Source: Lama glama
Lineage: Eukaryota
NCBI GenBank assembly: GCA_028534125.1
Contig: CM052816.1
Span: 66,342,001 to 66,406,000, forward strand
Length of the DNA stretch: 64,000 bases
Reading direction: 5' to 3'
Shown: positions 1 to 12,852 of the stretch, one piece after another
How positions within the stretch are numbered: position 1 is the stretch's first letter
Layout: every line of letters starts with the position of its first letter
Made by a program: the position numbers and the translations under genes
The notes under the pieces: model-generated
Database searches by the model: none
Told to the model about the DNA's origin: nothing
What the model saw: the letters and a program-made list of their open reading frames with translations, nothing else

Positions 1-850
1 CTGACGTGGAGCATCCTGTCCCAGCCTGAGCCAGCTGGACATGCCACCCAGGGCTCATAAGCCATGGAATGCTGCATGCCTGGTGATCTATGTACCCCGG
101 GCCTACAGAAACCTTTTCCATTTCAATCCTTTCCTAGTCACTTCCATCAATAAGACACTCAGTGGGTCCTGGGAACTTTGGCAGAGGCAGCACTGATGAT
201 AAATCTGATAGGAATCACTTACTTCTCGTCACTGCATCTCTTTATCTCCTCGAGGGGAAACTACTTGATTCAGCCCCTGGGTTCAAGCTTACATTTCCCA
301 CACTGGGAGGGAGTCTAGAAGGAGCACCTGCCTCAGACAGCATCTGGCTGGGCTGCAGTTTCTGTCTTTGCTGGCTGGCTCAGGACTCATGATCTGAATC
401 TTGCTGGTCTAAACCCTTTGCTTTGAATTCCTGATCTGTGCCTAGACCCCATACTGCATCTCTAGGTGAACTCTAGAATTCCTGAAAAAAAAAAAAAACT
501 GGCAAAGAATGTAGCATTGGGGTCCAGTTCCAAGTGGAAATATGTAAGATAGAGTTGTCAATTTGGAAGGACTGGTTGTAGAGGTAAGGGTATAAAAAAA
601 ATCGTTCTGTAAAATCTAAATAAATAAGAGTTTAAGAAGCTTTTATATATAAGATATATTTATGTATTTCCCCAGAATGTTATTATTAATATGTAAGTCC
701 AGTTCCAATAATATGTGATTTAAAATTTCCTTGGGAAAAGCTCTCATCTTTCAACATAACTTCACTGTACATTGGAGAAATTTTTAAAGAAATCCTGATG
801 CTGGGGTCACAATGACGGAGATTTTGATTGAATTAGTACAGAACACAAAA

Positions 851-1163
851 TATTCGGCCCTCCATAGGGGCATTCTACATCCTTGGATTCAGTCAACCTC
901 AAATTCAACCAACCATGGATTGAGAATGTTGCAAAAAATTTCCAGAAAGTTCCAAAAAGCAAAACTTGAATTTTCCACATGGTAACTAGCATTTACATTG
1001 TATTAGGTGTTAAAAGTGATTTAGAGATGATTTAAAGTTTATGGGAGGACGTGCGTGCGCAAATATTATGCCATTTTATATAAGGGACTTAAGATTCCAC
1101 AGATTTTAGTATCCAAGGAGGGGTCCTGGAACCGATTTCCCTCAGATACTGAGGGACAACTAT
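851..1163. mobile_element. Tigger3/MER2-like TcMar DNA transposon relic
   Basis: Termini tattcggccctcc... and ...gatactgagggacaactata resemble Tigger/MER2 TIRs with a TA target. The internal motifs ttccaaaaagcaaaacttgaattt and gcatttacattgtattagg are typical of the family. Confidence 0.75.
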
Positions 1164-2167
1164 ATGTCCTGAAAAGATGTCTGAGTGATTCTAATGAGGA
1201 ATCTGGACTGAGGCCTACAGTCTGACATAGACTAAAGGGCTTTATCTTGCCCTTCAGTGTGTACAGCATGCCAGGTCAGTAGATCTTCTCTGTTCCTCAC
1301 AATCCCCTTGTAAGTCAGGATTTCTTGATTTCTTTTACAGACAGACAAGTAAGGCTGAGAAAGGTTAAATACTGTCGAGTATCCAAGGTTATACAGTCTC
1401 TGGTTTGTTGGGTTTGTCTCACTTTGAGACAAGGGACTCCAATTAACAGCCTGCAAGGCCTTCGCTTGCAGCTCCCCTCAGCAGCCTCAGAATTCTCTGC
1501 TTGGTACGCCTTGCCTTTTTCTAAATGGAGTTTTAACCTATAATCCTGCTCCCTTCTTCCTGCCTTTCTCATTGCCTCCCAGATCCCTATCTCCGTTGGT
1601 TTTAAATTGAGGACATTTTTTAAAAAGGCAACTTTTCCTCTCAGCTGCAGGAAATTTCTCCTAAAATAAGCTGTTTTATCCAGCTATATAAATGAAGTCA
1701 TCTTTGGTACTTTTCAATTCATATCAGAAGGTCATAGGATATAAAATTCTGTGCTCAAGCAATTCAGAAAAGACTCATCTCCAGAATATAAACTATGAAG
1801 GCAAAGATTTACATAAATTACCATACTAATATTCATATTTAAAGTTAAGAGTTTATCAGAAACAGAAAGATAAGGAAATAATTTCAATTGTAGCAGAGCA
1901 TCCATTTTTCCACGTTGCTTAAATATTTGCTATGTAATTAGGAAGTACTGGGTAGCGGTAGGGCATAGCTAGTTTTTACTATACTTAACTCCTTGAATGC
2001 CACAAAACAAATCTATCAAAAAATGCCATGTTTAAAGTCAAGCCCAGGGGGATTCAGAGAAGGCACGAGGTTGAGAGAAGGAGTTTGATCAGAAGTGGGG
2101 TTAGGAATGGACCAATTTGGACCAAGAGGTAAAAATATTCGTGGTTCTACTATCTGTTCATAAAAAG

Positions 2168-3007
2168 AAGAAATACAAATCAAAACTACAATGAAGTATC
2201 ACCTCGCACCAGTCACAATAGCCATCATTAAAAAGTCTACAAACAATAAATGCTGGAGAGAGTGTGGAGAAAAGGGAACCTTCCTACACTGTTGGTGGGA
2301 ATGTACTTTGGTGCAGCCATTATGGAAAACTATATGGAGAGTCCTCAAAAGACTAAAAACAGACTTACTATATGATCCAGCAATCCCAGTCCTGGGCATA
2401 TATCCAGAGGAAACTTTAATTCGAAAAAACACATGCACCCCAGTGTTCATAGCACTATTTACAACAGACAAGACATGGAAACAACCTAAATGTCCATTTA
2501 CAGATGACTAGATAAAGAAGTTTTGGTATATTTACACAATGGAATACTACTCAGCCATAAAAAGTAGTAAAATAATGCCATTTATAGCAACATGGATGGA
2601 CCTGGAGACTGTCATTCTAAGTGAAGTAAGCCAGAAAGAGAAAGAAAAATACCATATGATATCACTTATACGTGGAATCTAAAAAAAAAAAGGACAAATG
2701 TATTTACAAAACAGAAACAGACTCACAGACATAGAAAACAAACATATGGTTACCAGGGGGGAAAGAGATGGGAAAGGATGAACTGGGAGTTCAAGATTTG
2801 CAGATACTAATTACTATATATAAAACAGGTAAACAACAAGTTTATACTGTACAGCACAGGGAACTATATTCAATACCTTGTAGTAACTTAAGGTGAAAAA
2901 GAATATGAAAACGAACATATGTATGTATACGTTGAGATTGAAACGTGATGCTGTACACCAAAAATTGACACAACATTGTAAACTGACTATACTTCAATAA
3001 AAAAAAA
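2168..3007 (+). mobile_element. 5'-truncated lineage-specific LINE-1 (ORF2 C-terminus, 3' UTR, poly(A))
   Basis: It translates to the L1 ORF2 C-terminus ([19 protein letters not shown]...[12 protein letters not shown]...TWKQPKCP, then MEYYSAIK...WMDLE..ILSEVSQ), with an in-frame stop at 2509-2511. The 3' UTR ends ...tatacttcAATAAAaaaaaa. A possible TSD is AAAAAT(A/G)TTC at 2131-2140 and 3003-3012. Confidence 0.95.
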
Positions 3008-3367
3008 TGTTCTGACACTTTGACACAGGCATTTTGATGAGGGCTTTATCAACACGACCCTGTCATACTGGCCTTATCACCATGTTTCGCTTCAGTGGCA
3101 AGGAAACTGATGTGAATAGCAAAATCTGGGGAGTCAACAAAGGCGAGGGGAGGAAGGAATGACAAGGAGAGAGTAAGATGTAAATCAGCATGGTGGGGGG
3201 GCGGCGGAAGGAACACTGGTGCTGTTGAAGCAGGTGTACACCACTTTCGTGGGCCTCACAGGGCTCCTTGGTGGGCTTGTTTAGGGCAATTTTCTACAAA
3301 GTGGTTTTCCACAAGGGTGTCGAAGACAATATTAGAAACTCTATTTATATTTAACTCATTCCTTTTT

Positions 3368-3496
3368 TATTTATTTATTTGTGGGGGGAGGTAGTTATTC
3401 ATGTATATATTCTTGGAGGAGGTACTGGGGATTGAACCCAGGACCTCATGCATGCTAATAAGTATGTGCTCTACCACTTGAGCTGTACCCTCCCCC
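3368..3496 (-). mobile_element. tRNA-derived SINE, camelid Vic-1 type
   Basis: The minus strand reads GGGGGAGGGTACAGCTCAAGTGGTAGAG...GGTCCTGGGTTCAATCCCCAGTACCTCC (Pol III A and B boxes), followed by an (AAAT)n/A tail. It has a perfect 16-bp TSD, TAACTCATTCCTTTTT, at 3352-3367 and 3497-3512. Confidence 0.9.
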
Positions 3497-3601
3497 TAAC
3501 TCATTCCTTTTTAGCATCTAGTTTTCTGTGTTTATTTTGTAACGTGCATTATAGATTGGCACAATGGTATGTGATTATCTATGAATAAATAAATGCATAT
3601 T

Positions 3602-4323
3602 GTGTAATAAAATAATTTGGCTGGGCTTTTGTCTCTAGTTCCTGGGAGGTAACTTCTAAATCCTTGGTATTTCCCAGTTACTGAAGTGCCTTTGTTATTC
3701 ATGGTGGGTCCCTTAAAGCAAACCTAACAGTTAATGCTAATGACATGGCTCAGGATGAGCGGGTGGCCACACCAAAAAGACCAACTATGTGATTAGATGG
3801 TTAGCACTTTTAGTCACATGATATCAGGCCATCCTCTGAGGAGGGGAGGTGGTTTGGAAATGAGTTCAACCATCTCGGCAATGATTGCATGAATCATGCC
3901 GATGTAATGAAACCCCAATAAAAACTCTGGACACCAGAGCTTGGGTGAACTTCCCTGGCTGGCAATCCCCTGCCTGTAGTGACGTATCAGTGAGCCTGAA
4001 AGGTGGCGTGTCCCTGACGACAATAGAAGCTTTGCACTTGAAACCCTCCCAGATCTTGCTCTATACATCTCTCTCTGGCTGGTTCTGACTTGTATCCTTT
4101 TGTTATAATAAAACTATACTTGTAAGTACAGCACTTTCCTGAATTCTGTAAGTCATTCTAGTGAATTATCACACCTAAAAGTGGTCATGGGAGACCGTGA
4201 ATTTGCAGCCAGCTGGTCAGAAGTAAGGGTAGCTCAGTGGATGCCAAACTAATATTTAGTATCTGAAATGAGGCCAGTCTCCTGGAGGACTGTGCCCTTA
4301 ACTTGACTAACTCTGGGTAGACA
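3602..4323 (+). mobile_element. MER21-like solo LTR
   Basis: It has TG...CA ends. The motifs gttcctgggaggtaacttctaaatccttgg, aatcatgcc..tgtaatgaaaccccaataaaaactctggacacc and ttctagtgaattatc resemble MER21C. Confidence 0.75.
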
Positions 4324-7300
4324 TAAATTGGAAGGACTACTCAAAAAGTTTTAGTGGCTATGAGTATTTGGTTCAAAAAAAATTAGGGAACTACTTAAGA
4401 CAGCACTCAGGCCTTGTGACATCCCTTCCCTCACCTACCATCTGCCAGCTGTGGCTCTCAGTGTGCTATGGGAAGGAAAACTATAAACAAAAAAACATTC
4501 AATATAAAAAAATTAAAATTAGGTCACAGGGTACAGTAGACTTTAAATGAGGACTGTTATAAGTGTTATTCTGTGAGTAAAAAACATGAGATGGAGGACG
4601 TGGAGACTGTGACATGGTTGGGCTGCTTATACGTTCTTTTATTCACACCATGACTCTTGCTCTTGCTTTGGAATTTGATGGTATGGAAAGAAAAAGTTAC
4701 AGGAAAACACTTACTACGGGCTCTGTCTAAATTTAATGGAGTCAGATATCATACACAATGACAATGACCTGTGTTTTCCGGTGACAAAATAATCCTTTCA
4801 TGATTCATGTTGTGCTATTTTTCTAATTTTCTCTTTAGAATAGGTTCCTGTAATATCTACTAGTTTTTAAGGAGTAGGTGTATAGGGGGGTTGGTTTACA
4901 ACTGATAATAAATAAGGATAATTTTCTCAACGAACTGAACTGCAGAGACAAATGACCAAGCCCACCCCAACATTAAATGAATAAATGGGGGCTTCAGAGC
5001 CCTCCAGCTACAGCTAGGAGCCCCATATGGGGCAAATAATGTCATAGATTTATAAAAAGGTAGAGATTAGACGGAGGTTGTAGACTTAGAAGATGCCGCC
5101 TTTCTACTCGTTTCACAATGCAGTGGCTGAGTGCATATTTTTTGCTTACTGGGTAATTAGAAAATAAGGACCTACAGTAGGTATCATGAAATACTCAACA
5201 TATTCACTGAGGCTGGAAAGCAGGCTTGATGGAGATCATATTCATGGTGGACCTGAAAATACCAGTAAGGTTCAAGTAAGCCACGAGTATAACTGTTCAT
5301 CTTTGTTTTTTGTTTTGTTTTTTACTCCGTAAATCATTTATTTGTTACTAAAGGATTTCAAGGGAGAAATCATCTGATCAAATCAAATGATCAAACTTAA
5401 CATCTCCAATATTATGAGACATGAATGTGTGCTTCCTAGGTGATACACTGACAAGGATACAGGAGACTCACACAAGTTTCTGCCAAAATGTTTAGCTTGG
5501 ATCTAATCACAGAATTGGACAAATACAAATTTAAAGACAGCGTAAGAATAACTGATTTGAACTTTTCACAAACATCTGTTCATGTTCATGTTTAAAAGCC
5601 TAAAGCTCTGTTTTCCAAATAGGATCATCAACCATCCCACAGATTTGCTTTTTTCATTAACAGTGTTACCCAGAAGCCAAGCTGAGCATCTAGACCTGGA
5701 AAATGAGCTCTTACCACAATCTCCTCTCTGAGGAGTTATGTGACAGGTATAATTAGTGTCCTTCAAGGCAAATCTACTCCCCAAAGACAGGCAACTAATT
5801 TCAAAGAAAAGAAGGTATAATCAAACAGAGAGAAGCCAAGGAGATCCTGTGAGGAAGTAACGATATTTGCAATAAATATTGTGACACAGAAATGCACATG
5901 AGGAGCTGCCGAGGAGCCTACTTTCAGAGTGCAGGTGGAGCAGAACAAACAGCAATCATGTTTAAATAACGCCTTTTATCCAGAAGCCCAAGCCTTTTAT
6001 TTAACCTTTATATTCCCTATGTAGCCTGACTGCGGGACGGCTGCAGCAACCAGAATTTAGCTTTTAGCCTTGACTTTAGTGTCCATATTTATGGAATAGT
6101 AATTGCCATCCCCAAGTGCAGTTGAGGTTAGCTTGGCACCAAGACACAAAGTCAGATAGGATGGGCATTTCTATTCCCTTAGCTCCTTCTCTGTACATAA
6201 CCAACACATTTACTGCTAATATGTGCTTCCTGCTTCAGTCTTCAAGCCTTTGGCTATTTCCCAGATTACTAAAAAAAAAAAAAAAAAAAACCTGCTGAAT
6301 TAAGACATCTTTAATTCAAGGCTTTACATTTTTTAACATGTCTGCATTCTTCATGCAGCTAATTTGGGGCTGGAACCAAGTCCAGCTAATGAAAAGGTGA
6401 GTGGAAACAAACAAAGAAATGAAAAAATCCAGAGGCAGAAAGTTGGTCGATGGAACTTTGAGTACATAAGAGATGAGAAAATATTTCCCATTCGGTTAGA
6501 TCACACTTTGGGCCCCTTTTAGGTGTCCCCAGATATGTGCTGTACATTTATTGTACTAACTCATGCCTCAAATATACTCTCCTTTCCAAAAAAAAATTTC
6601 AAAAGACCATTTTAGAACTGGAATGTGCTACAGGAACTAACCTGGTAACTTCGAGTTACTTTGCCCAATATGGAAGATGAGGCACATTCTGATCTCTCTT
6701 TATCAATTCTGCCCACATATCTCCCCATCTTCCTGAGAAGTTGGAGGGCCTTATTTTATATATATAGGCAAAATTTTGGTAAAATAGGCAGTACCTCCTT
6801 ATAAGAGTTGATTGAGAGCACTGATTTATTTTCATCATAATGGTCTAATACTATTTCAGCCCTCAGTTATCAATTTTTTGTTGGACACATAATTGACATA
6901 TGCCTGGGACTGTGCTAGACTATGAAGACACAAAATGAATAAGATCTAGTCCTATATACCTCTCTTTCTGTCATTCACACATTCATTCATTCAACAAATA
7001 TTTATTGAACATCTAGTATGTGCCAGGGACTATTCTAGGCATATATAAAAAACACTGCATAAATGGGACAGAGATTTGCTAGTCTATGAAGCTTGCATTC
7101 TTGTTAGGGAGACAGACATGATAAACGAGTAAACTGGAAAACATATCAGAGGGTGATAAATGCTATGGAAACAACATAAAGCAGAAAAAGGGATAAGGAG
7201 CATGGAAGAGGGCTGCAGTGTAAAATCGGGTGGGTGTGAAAAGGCCTTGCTGAGAAGGTGATGGTACAGTGAAGAATGGAAGGAGGTGAGGGGAGAACCA

Positions 7301-7711
7301 TAAGGATAACTGGGAAGTGACTTCCAGGCAGCGGGAAGAGCAGGAGCAAGTGCCCTGAGGTGGAAGCATGCCAGATAGATTCTAGGGATGGCAAAGAGGT
7401 CGGTGTGGCTAGACTGGTGTGAGAGATGGAGCATAGGAGAAAGTGAGGTCGGAGAGGTAGTGGGTAAAACTGTGCAGGGTCTTACGGGTGCCTGTAAGGG
7501 CTCTGGTTTTAATTCAGGAGAGGTGGAGATGCTGTGACTGTCTGGAGCAGAGGAATGACATGATCTGATTTACAGTTTGAAAAGCTCACTCCATCTGCTG
7601 TGCTGGGAAGATTCTGGGGGCTGGGGCAGTGCTAGAAGCAGGGAGACCAATTAGACTCACGTAATAAACCAGATAAGAGATGATGGTGACATAACCAAGC
7701 TGGGAGCAGTA

Positions 7712-8308
7712 TGTTATGGCTTGAGTTGTATCCCCTCCTCAAAATGTTGAAATTCCAATCCCTAGTACCTCTGAGTGTGACTATATTTGAAAATAAGGTT
7801 TTGCAGATGATCAGATTAAGACGAGGTCATTGGGGGCAGCCCTGATCCAATATGACAGTGTCCTCATAAGAAGGAGAAACTTGAGCACAGAGAGAGACAC
7901 ATATAAAGGGGAGATATATAAAAACACAGGGAGAATGTTATCTACTGGCGAAGGAATGCCTGAGGCCACCAAAAGGGACAGAGGTGACAAACAGATTCTC
8001 TCATAGCCCTCAGAAGGAGCCAACCCAGTGGACACTTTTTCTTTAAATTGAAGTATAGTCGTTTTACAATAGTGTGTTACTTTCTGGTGTACAGCACAGA
8101 GATTCAGTTATAGATATATATTTATATACATGCATATATATTCTTTTGCATATTCCATTTCGTTATAGGTTACTACAAGCTACTGAATATAGTTCCCCCA
8201 TGGACGTTTTGATCTGGGACTTCTGGCCCCAGAACTGTGAGCCCCTTTCTGTTCAGTAAGCATGCAGCCTGGGACACTTTGTTACAGTGTCCCTAGCAAA
8301 CTAAAACA
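7712..8308 (+). mobile_element. MLT1 (MLT1B-like) MaLR solo LTR, itself interrupted by an L1 tail
   Basis: It starts TGTTATGG.TTGA.TTGT.TCCC and contains atccaatatgac.gtgtcct.ataagaag and gacttctggcc.cagaactgtgag. It ends gcaaactaaaaca. Confidence 0.85.
8036..8197 (-). mobile_element. Short lineage-specific L1 3' end
   Basis: The sequence tttaaattgaagtatagt...gaatatagttccc is the reverse complement of the same L1 3' UTR seen at 2850-3007. Confidence 0.85.
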
Positions 8309-10779
8309 CAGCGGAAATGGGGGTGTGGTGGGATTCTAGATATGTGATTGGTCCACATTATCCATGGAGTCCATATTAGGAAGCTCTGAACAAAGGCTTA
8401 GCAATTGCTCTTCATAACATAGTCGTTATTATCAGGATACAATTCTTTCATATTTAACATGAGGTCACCTTACTTTAAGACCATTATAGATTTTGGGAGA
8501 AAAAGAAAGTGAGAGAAAATTGCAGAGGAAGAGAATATGTGAAGGTGAAATTTCATTCCAGTTCTAGCACATCTGCCATGGTACCCTGAATGTCATAGAA
8601 ATGAATTATTTAAAACTGGTGGGATGATGGTGTCAGACTTTGATCCTCAGTCTGGTGGCTTTTTAAAAATATCAGTCTGCTCCCCAGATTTCCTGCCTTT
8701 AAAAAAATCCTTATATTTATAGTTTTTCGTTGTGTCATAAAAAGCAGAATGTAAATAAATAAGGTCGGGCAGATAAGCCAATGACAATTTCCTACAGGAA
8801 ATACAGCAGCCTGTGGCCATGCCATACTTAGAACAGAAATGCATTTAGTCAGGAATGGGGAAGATTTGAAGTCAAGTGAAAATGTACTGCATTATGTATA
8901 GACATTAGAGTCTTAATACTAGACGTTCAGAAAGAGCCTGGACAGCAGATCTGAGTTCCATATACTCAGGGTCATGCTCCAAGTGAGATGCAGAAAACTC
9001 TACTTGCCACAGCTCCTGTGAGAAACATTTCAAAGGCAGCAAAATTCCCAGTGGTAATCTTGTGTTTCTACAACTATCTAAATCTACTTGGGAATTGTCT
9101 CTCTAATAAATCATTCATTTAATTTATTCTTAAATCGAAGCCCATTGGAGGAGTCAAAGCACAGAATGCTCAGTTTTCAAAAAAGAGGTAACCTCTATTT
9201 TCTCAAAAGTATAGAGCCACTAAATTGCTGCTCTTGACTTTGAACTCTACACAGTTATCTCCTTAGTAAACTGCAGGTTTAAGCAAACAGGGATCTGGCA
9301 AATTAGTCTAGTTACTGACCATGATTACACACAGTTTCACCACATGGACCAAGCTGAAGAACACTGTAGACCTCGTTGCAGCATCCAATGGGATTGTTTA
9401 GAGCTACAATGTGATTGTTTATTTCCTTGCGGGTTTTTTTTTTTTTTTTACAAAACATGCCAATCAATTCAGATAACCTCAGTGGATATGTACTTCCCAT
9501 GCAAATTTCTTTCACTTCACTAATTCAATAGATATTTTTTGAGCACTTTACACTGAGGTGTAAAGGTGAAAAAAACAGGCATAGCCCTTGTCTTCAAGGA
9601 ACAGAAAACAGAAAACAAAATAGGCATTTACAGTATGTTGTAAGATATATTAATGGTGTTTCAAGAGCCTATCATAAAAGCAAGTAAATGAATCTGGAGT
9701 TATAAAAGACATAACAGAGGAAATGATGGTCAAGCTGAAATCTGAAGGATGAGAGGAAATCAGCTTGATCTGTGTCAGGGAGGTATGAATGTGGTTTCTT
9801 GTAGAAAGCAGAGCATGTGCAAGGCCCAGAGAAAGAAAAATCCAAAAGGATAAGAAGTTCAAGGGACTAAAAGAAGTTCAAAAACTGGAGACTTTAACAA
9901 GCATAATAATACAAATGCAGCAACTGGCCTCCAAAATATTGGATGTAATACAAGCACCTGAGGCCATCTTCAGAGAAGATAAGCACAAACTGCTTTCTAT
10001 CTAAGGTATAACGTAGAAAGATGGTATTCAGGGAGGATAATCTAGGTAGCACAGAATTGATGTATTCCCTTGAGTGGTTCCATTCAATTCTTGGATCATT
10101 TGAGATCACAAGAAGTCTATGTGCTTGGATTATATTTCAAAAAGGAAGTCTGAGCCTCTCATAGGGGTCTTCACTGAATATGTTCTAATGTTTGTCTTCT
10201 ATGTTTTGAAGGCACTATAACAAAGAAATCTCATGAGGTCTTTTTAGTACTAGTTATGAAAGTCATTGTTGACATAAACCCAATGTGCCCCAAATTAAAG
10301 ACATTTCCAGCAGAATTTAATTTAAAAAAAACTTTCTTTGCCCTCAGGGATTGGTACTACAATTTTTACCCCTTCCTATATTGAAAGCTGTAGAACACAT
10401 CATGTTTAATTTTTTTTTTCAGCGATGGTTTTCACTTTGGTTTCAGAGAGTTTCAGAACCAAATTTTGTTTTAAACCCAATAGCCATTTTACCCTTTATA
10501 TTTCCATAAGCTTTGAAATTCTCTATCAGACACCCTCAAATTTATGTCCCTCTCAAATCCTCCTGTCTGAAGGGCTCCTGGTTAGTCACTCATTCCATTC
10601 CTCCTGCCAACCTCTCCTGAAAGGGCTCTGCTCAACTCTCACCTCGGTTATCAGCGTGACACAGACATGACCTAAAGCAGCTCACCTCAGACTAATGCAA
10701 CACAGCACTGCCTCCTTAGAAAGTGAGAGATGAGACAGGAAAAATACAGTGGTTCCACGATGTCATGCATCTGAAAGTC

Positions 10780-11600
10780 AGGCTGAGGAAGTTTTAATAA
10801 ATTAAGGGGGGGATGGTAAGTCTTGCCTTGTAGGCAGGGGTCTTCCATGATCTTTAGGATCATGTTCTTTTGGGGTAATAGAGCAGCAGTGGGATAGGAT
10901 GGGTTGGGATGGGAAGAAATCTAAGGGGAGAAAGACCAGTTAGAAGGCTGTTATGAAGGAAGATGCAAAAGAGAACATTAAAAAGCTGAGCAATGATGGT
11001 CACACGGTTTTCCAGGCAGGAACAGATTCAAAGGATATTCAAAAAAACTTAATATGCAAGATCAGGCCCCAGATTTGGATGGATGGAAGTTAGAGTGGGT
11101 TCAGGGTGGACCTGGGTAACAAAGCACTCTGGCCTCAATGAATAGCAGAACTGAAGTCAGGAGGGTGAGCAGTTTCAGGTGAAGATACCTGATTCTGAGA
11201 CATCAGCAGGATGTCCAGGTGGAGAAATATTTTGGCTACCAGGAAATGCAACACCTCAGTTCAGAAGACAGACTGGGGCCCAATATTTAAACTTGGGAGC
11301 CATCTGGTATAAGTGATAAATGATGCATGAGAGTGGATAAGATGGCCAAGGAAACAGAATAAGCCCAAGCAAAAAGCCATGACAGGATGCTTACCCTTGG
11401 CTGGGTGAAGGAGGGAGTGAATGATAGGAGGCAGAATGAGGAGAGGTCAGAGAGAGATGAGAATAATCTGGGAAATGCACCTCTAAGAAGACAGGAAACA
11501 GAGCCCCAAAGGAAAGAGTGGGTAAACAGAGTCCAACAGTTACTGAACTGGAGGAGGATGGGGACTGAGATAGGGCAGATGGTCTGCTGACAGGTGAGGG
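10780..11600 (-). mobile_element. Degenerate L2 fragment
   Basis: This purine-rich stretch carries L2-like motifs (agaccagttagaaggctgtt, tgagacatc...tccaggtggaga, ttgggagccatc). Boundaries are approximate. Confidence 0.55.
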
Positions 11601-11698
11601 ACACTGGGTGCCCATTATTCTAGCCTGTTGTTCCAATGAAAATTATACAACTACTGAGAACAGATGAGGGATCTGCTGAGCTCATTAAAACCAAATGA

Positions 11699-11915
11699 TT
11701 TGTCTATTTTGTAAACAGCAGTTTGTATCTGCTAATCCCAAACTCCAGGTCCTACTGTATAACACAGGGAACTATATTCAATAGCTTGTAATAACCTTTA
11801 ATGTAAAAGAATATGTAAAAGAATATATCTATTTATATGTATAACTGAATCACTATGCTGTACACCAGAAACTAACACAACACTGTAAATCAACTATACT
11901 TCAATTAAAAAAAAA
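11699..11915 (+). mobile_element. Short L1 3' end with an inverted 5' segment
   Basis: 11747-11915 is sense L1 3' UTR plus A-tail. 11699-11746 is the reverse complement of the immediately upstream L1 UTR (ggagtttgggattagcagatacaaact...aaatagacaaa). Confidence 0.9.
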
Positions 11916-12081
11916 TGGTAACAGTGCCAGGAGCCATCCTAGCAGGACCCTTGGTTCTTGCATCAGAAATGCAATGGAAAAGTCCAGCATCCTCATGCCC
12001 TCCTCCACACCTTCCCTCGGTAAGGCCAATCTGGCTTCCACCCTGCCCTGAAACACTGAAAACTATCTAACAAATCCAGAG

Positions 12082-12318
12082 AAGAGCTCAGGAAATTTTT
12101 ACTGTAAACAGCCGGATGGAAGATGTTTTAGGCTTGGGAGCTATGGGGTCTCTGTTGCAGTGACTTAGCTCTGCTGTTGCAGCGTGAAAATAGCTACAGA
12201 CAATAAGTAAATGCACCTGGCTGGGTTCCAATAAAACTTTATTTACAAAACAAGTGGTGGGTCAGATGTGACTCGTAGGCCAGATTCGGGTTACGGTTCA
12301 TAGTTTCCAGATCCCTAT
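12082..12318. mobile_element. MER58A-like hAT-Charlie MITE
   Basis: The motifs tttttactgtaaa, ggtctctgttgcagtgacttagctctgc and gttccaataaaactttatttacaaaacaagtggtggg are characteristic of MER58A. Confidence 0.8.
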
Positions 12319-12426
12319 TTTAGACCAGTACACTTCTAAACTGCTTATTATTTATACTTTATAAAATCAAAAGCCATGCACTAGTCTCCACAGAACTAAA
12401 GATGACAGGATGCAAAGCACTAGAGT

Positions 12427-12852
12427 TTTAAGGACCCTTCCAGGGTCAGACCCCTCCCTCATACCCTGTGCTGTAGCTCCTTTCTGAGGTACCCAGATAA
12501 CTGGATCTCAGGTATATCTCCTGAGGTTTTCAGATGCTAAAAACCACCACAGAGGAAGAAATAAACTACTTGATGATCGAGCGGTTGACAGTGCTGACCG
12601 CCTTGTTACCTCCACATCAACCAATCAGAGAACTGTGCACGAGCTGATCATGTACCTAGGACCCGCCTCCCTTACCTGGCCTTATAATATGCTTTCCTGA
12701 AACCCTTCTGGGAGTTGGGGGTTTTCTTGGGCATGAGCCACTCTGTCCTTCTTGCTCGGCTCTGCAATAAACATTTCTCTGCTCCAAACTCCAACGTTTC
12801 AGTTTCTTTGGCCTCACGGTGCGTCAGGCACACAAACTTACCTTCAGTAACA
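12427..12852 (+). mobile_element. ERV1-type solo LTR
   Basis: It has CCAAT at 12621, TATAAT at 12683, AATAAA at 12766 and a 3' end of ...cagtaaCA. A candidate 4-bp TSD, GAGT, lies at 12423-12426 and 12853-12856. The 5' end reads TTTAAGG instead of TGTAAGG, so the left boundary is less certain. Confidence 0.75.

Larger units (their letters stand above)
6971..8345 (-). mobile_element. L2 3' portion, interrupted by an MLT1 LTR
   Basis: It begins with the reverse-complemented L2 terminus (ttcattcattcaacaaatatttattga...tgtgccagggactattctagg), followed by a purine-rich L2 body. L2 sequence resumes briefly after 8308. Confidence 0.8.

Noticed and set aside
2191..2511. 106-aa ORF as a host gene
   Set aside because: It is an L1 ORF2 C-terminal fragment in a truncated element with a premature stop.
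3410..3496. tRNA gene
   Set aside because: The tRNA-like head is followed by a non-tRNA body and A-rich tail and is flanked by a 16-bp TSD, so it is a SINE.
3284..4395. Possible hAT-Charlie relic hosting the SINE and MER21-like LTR
   Set aside because: The termini only weakly resemble TIRs and no TSD is visible, so I cannot support it without a profile search.
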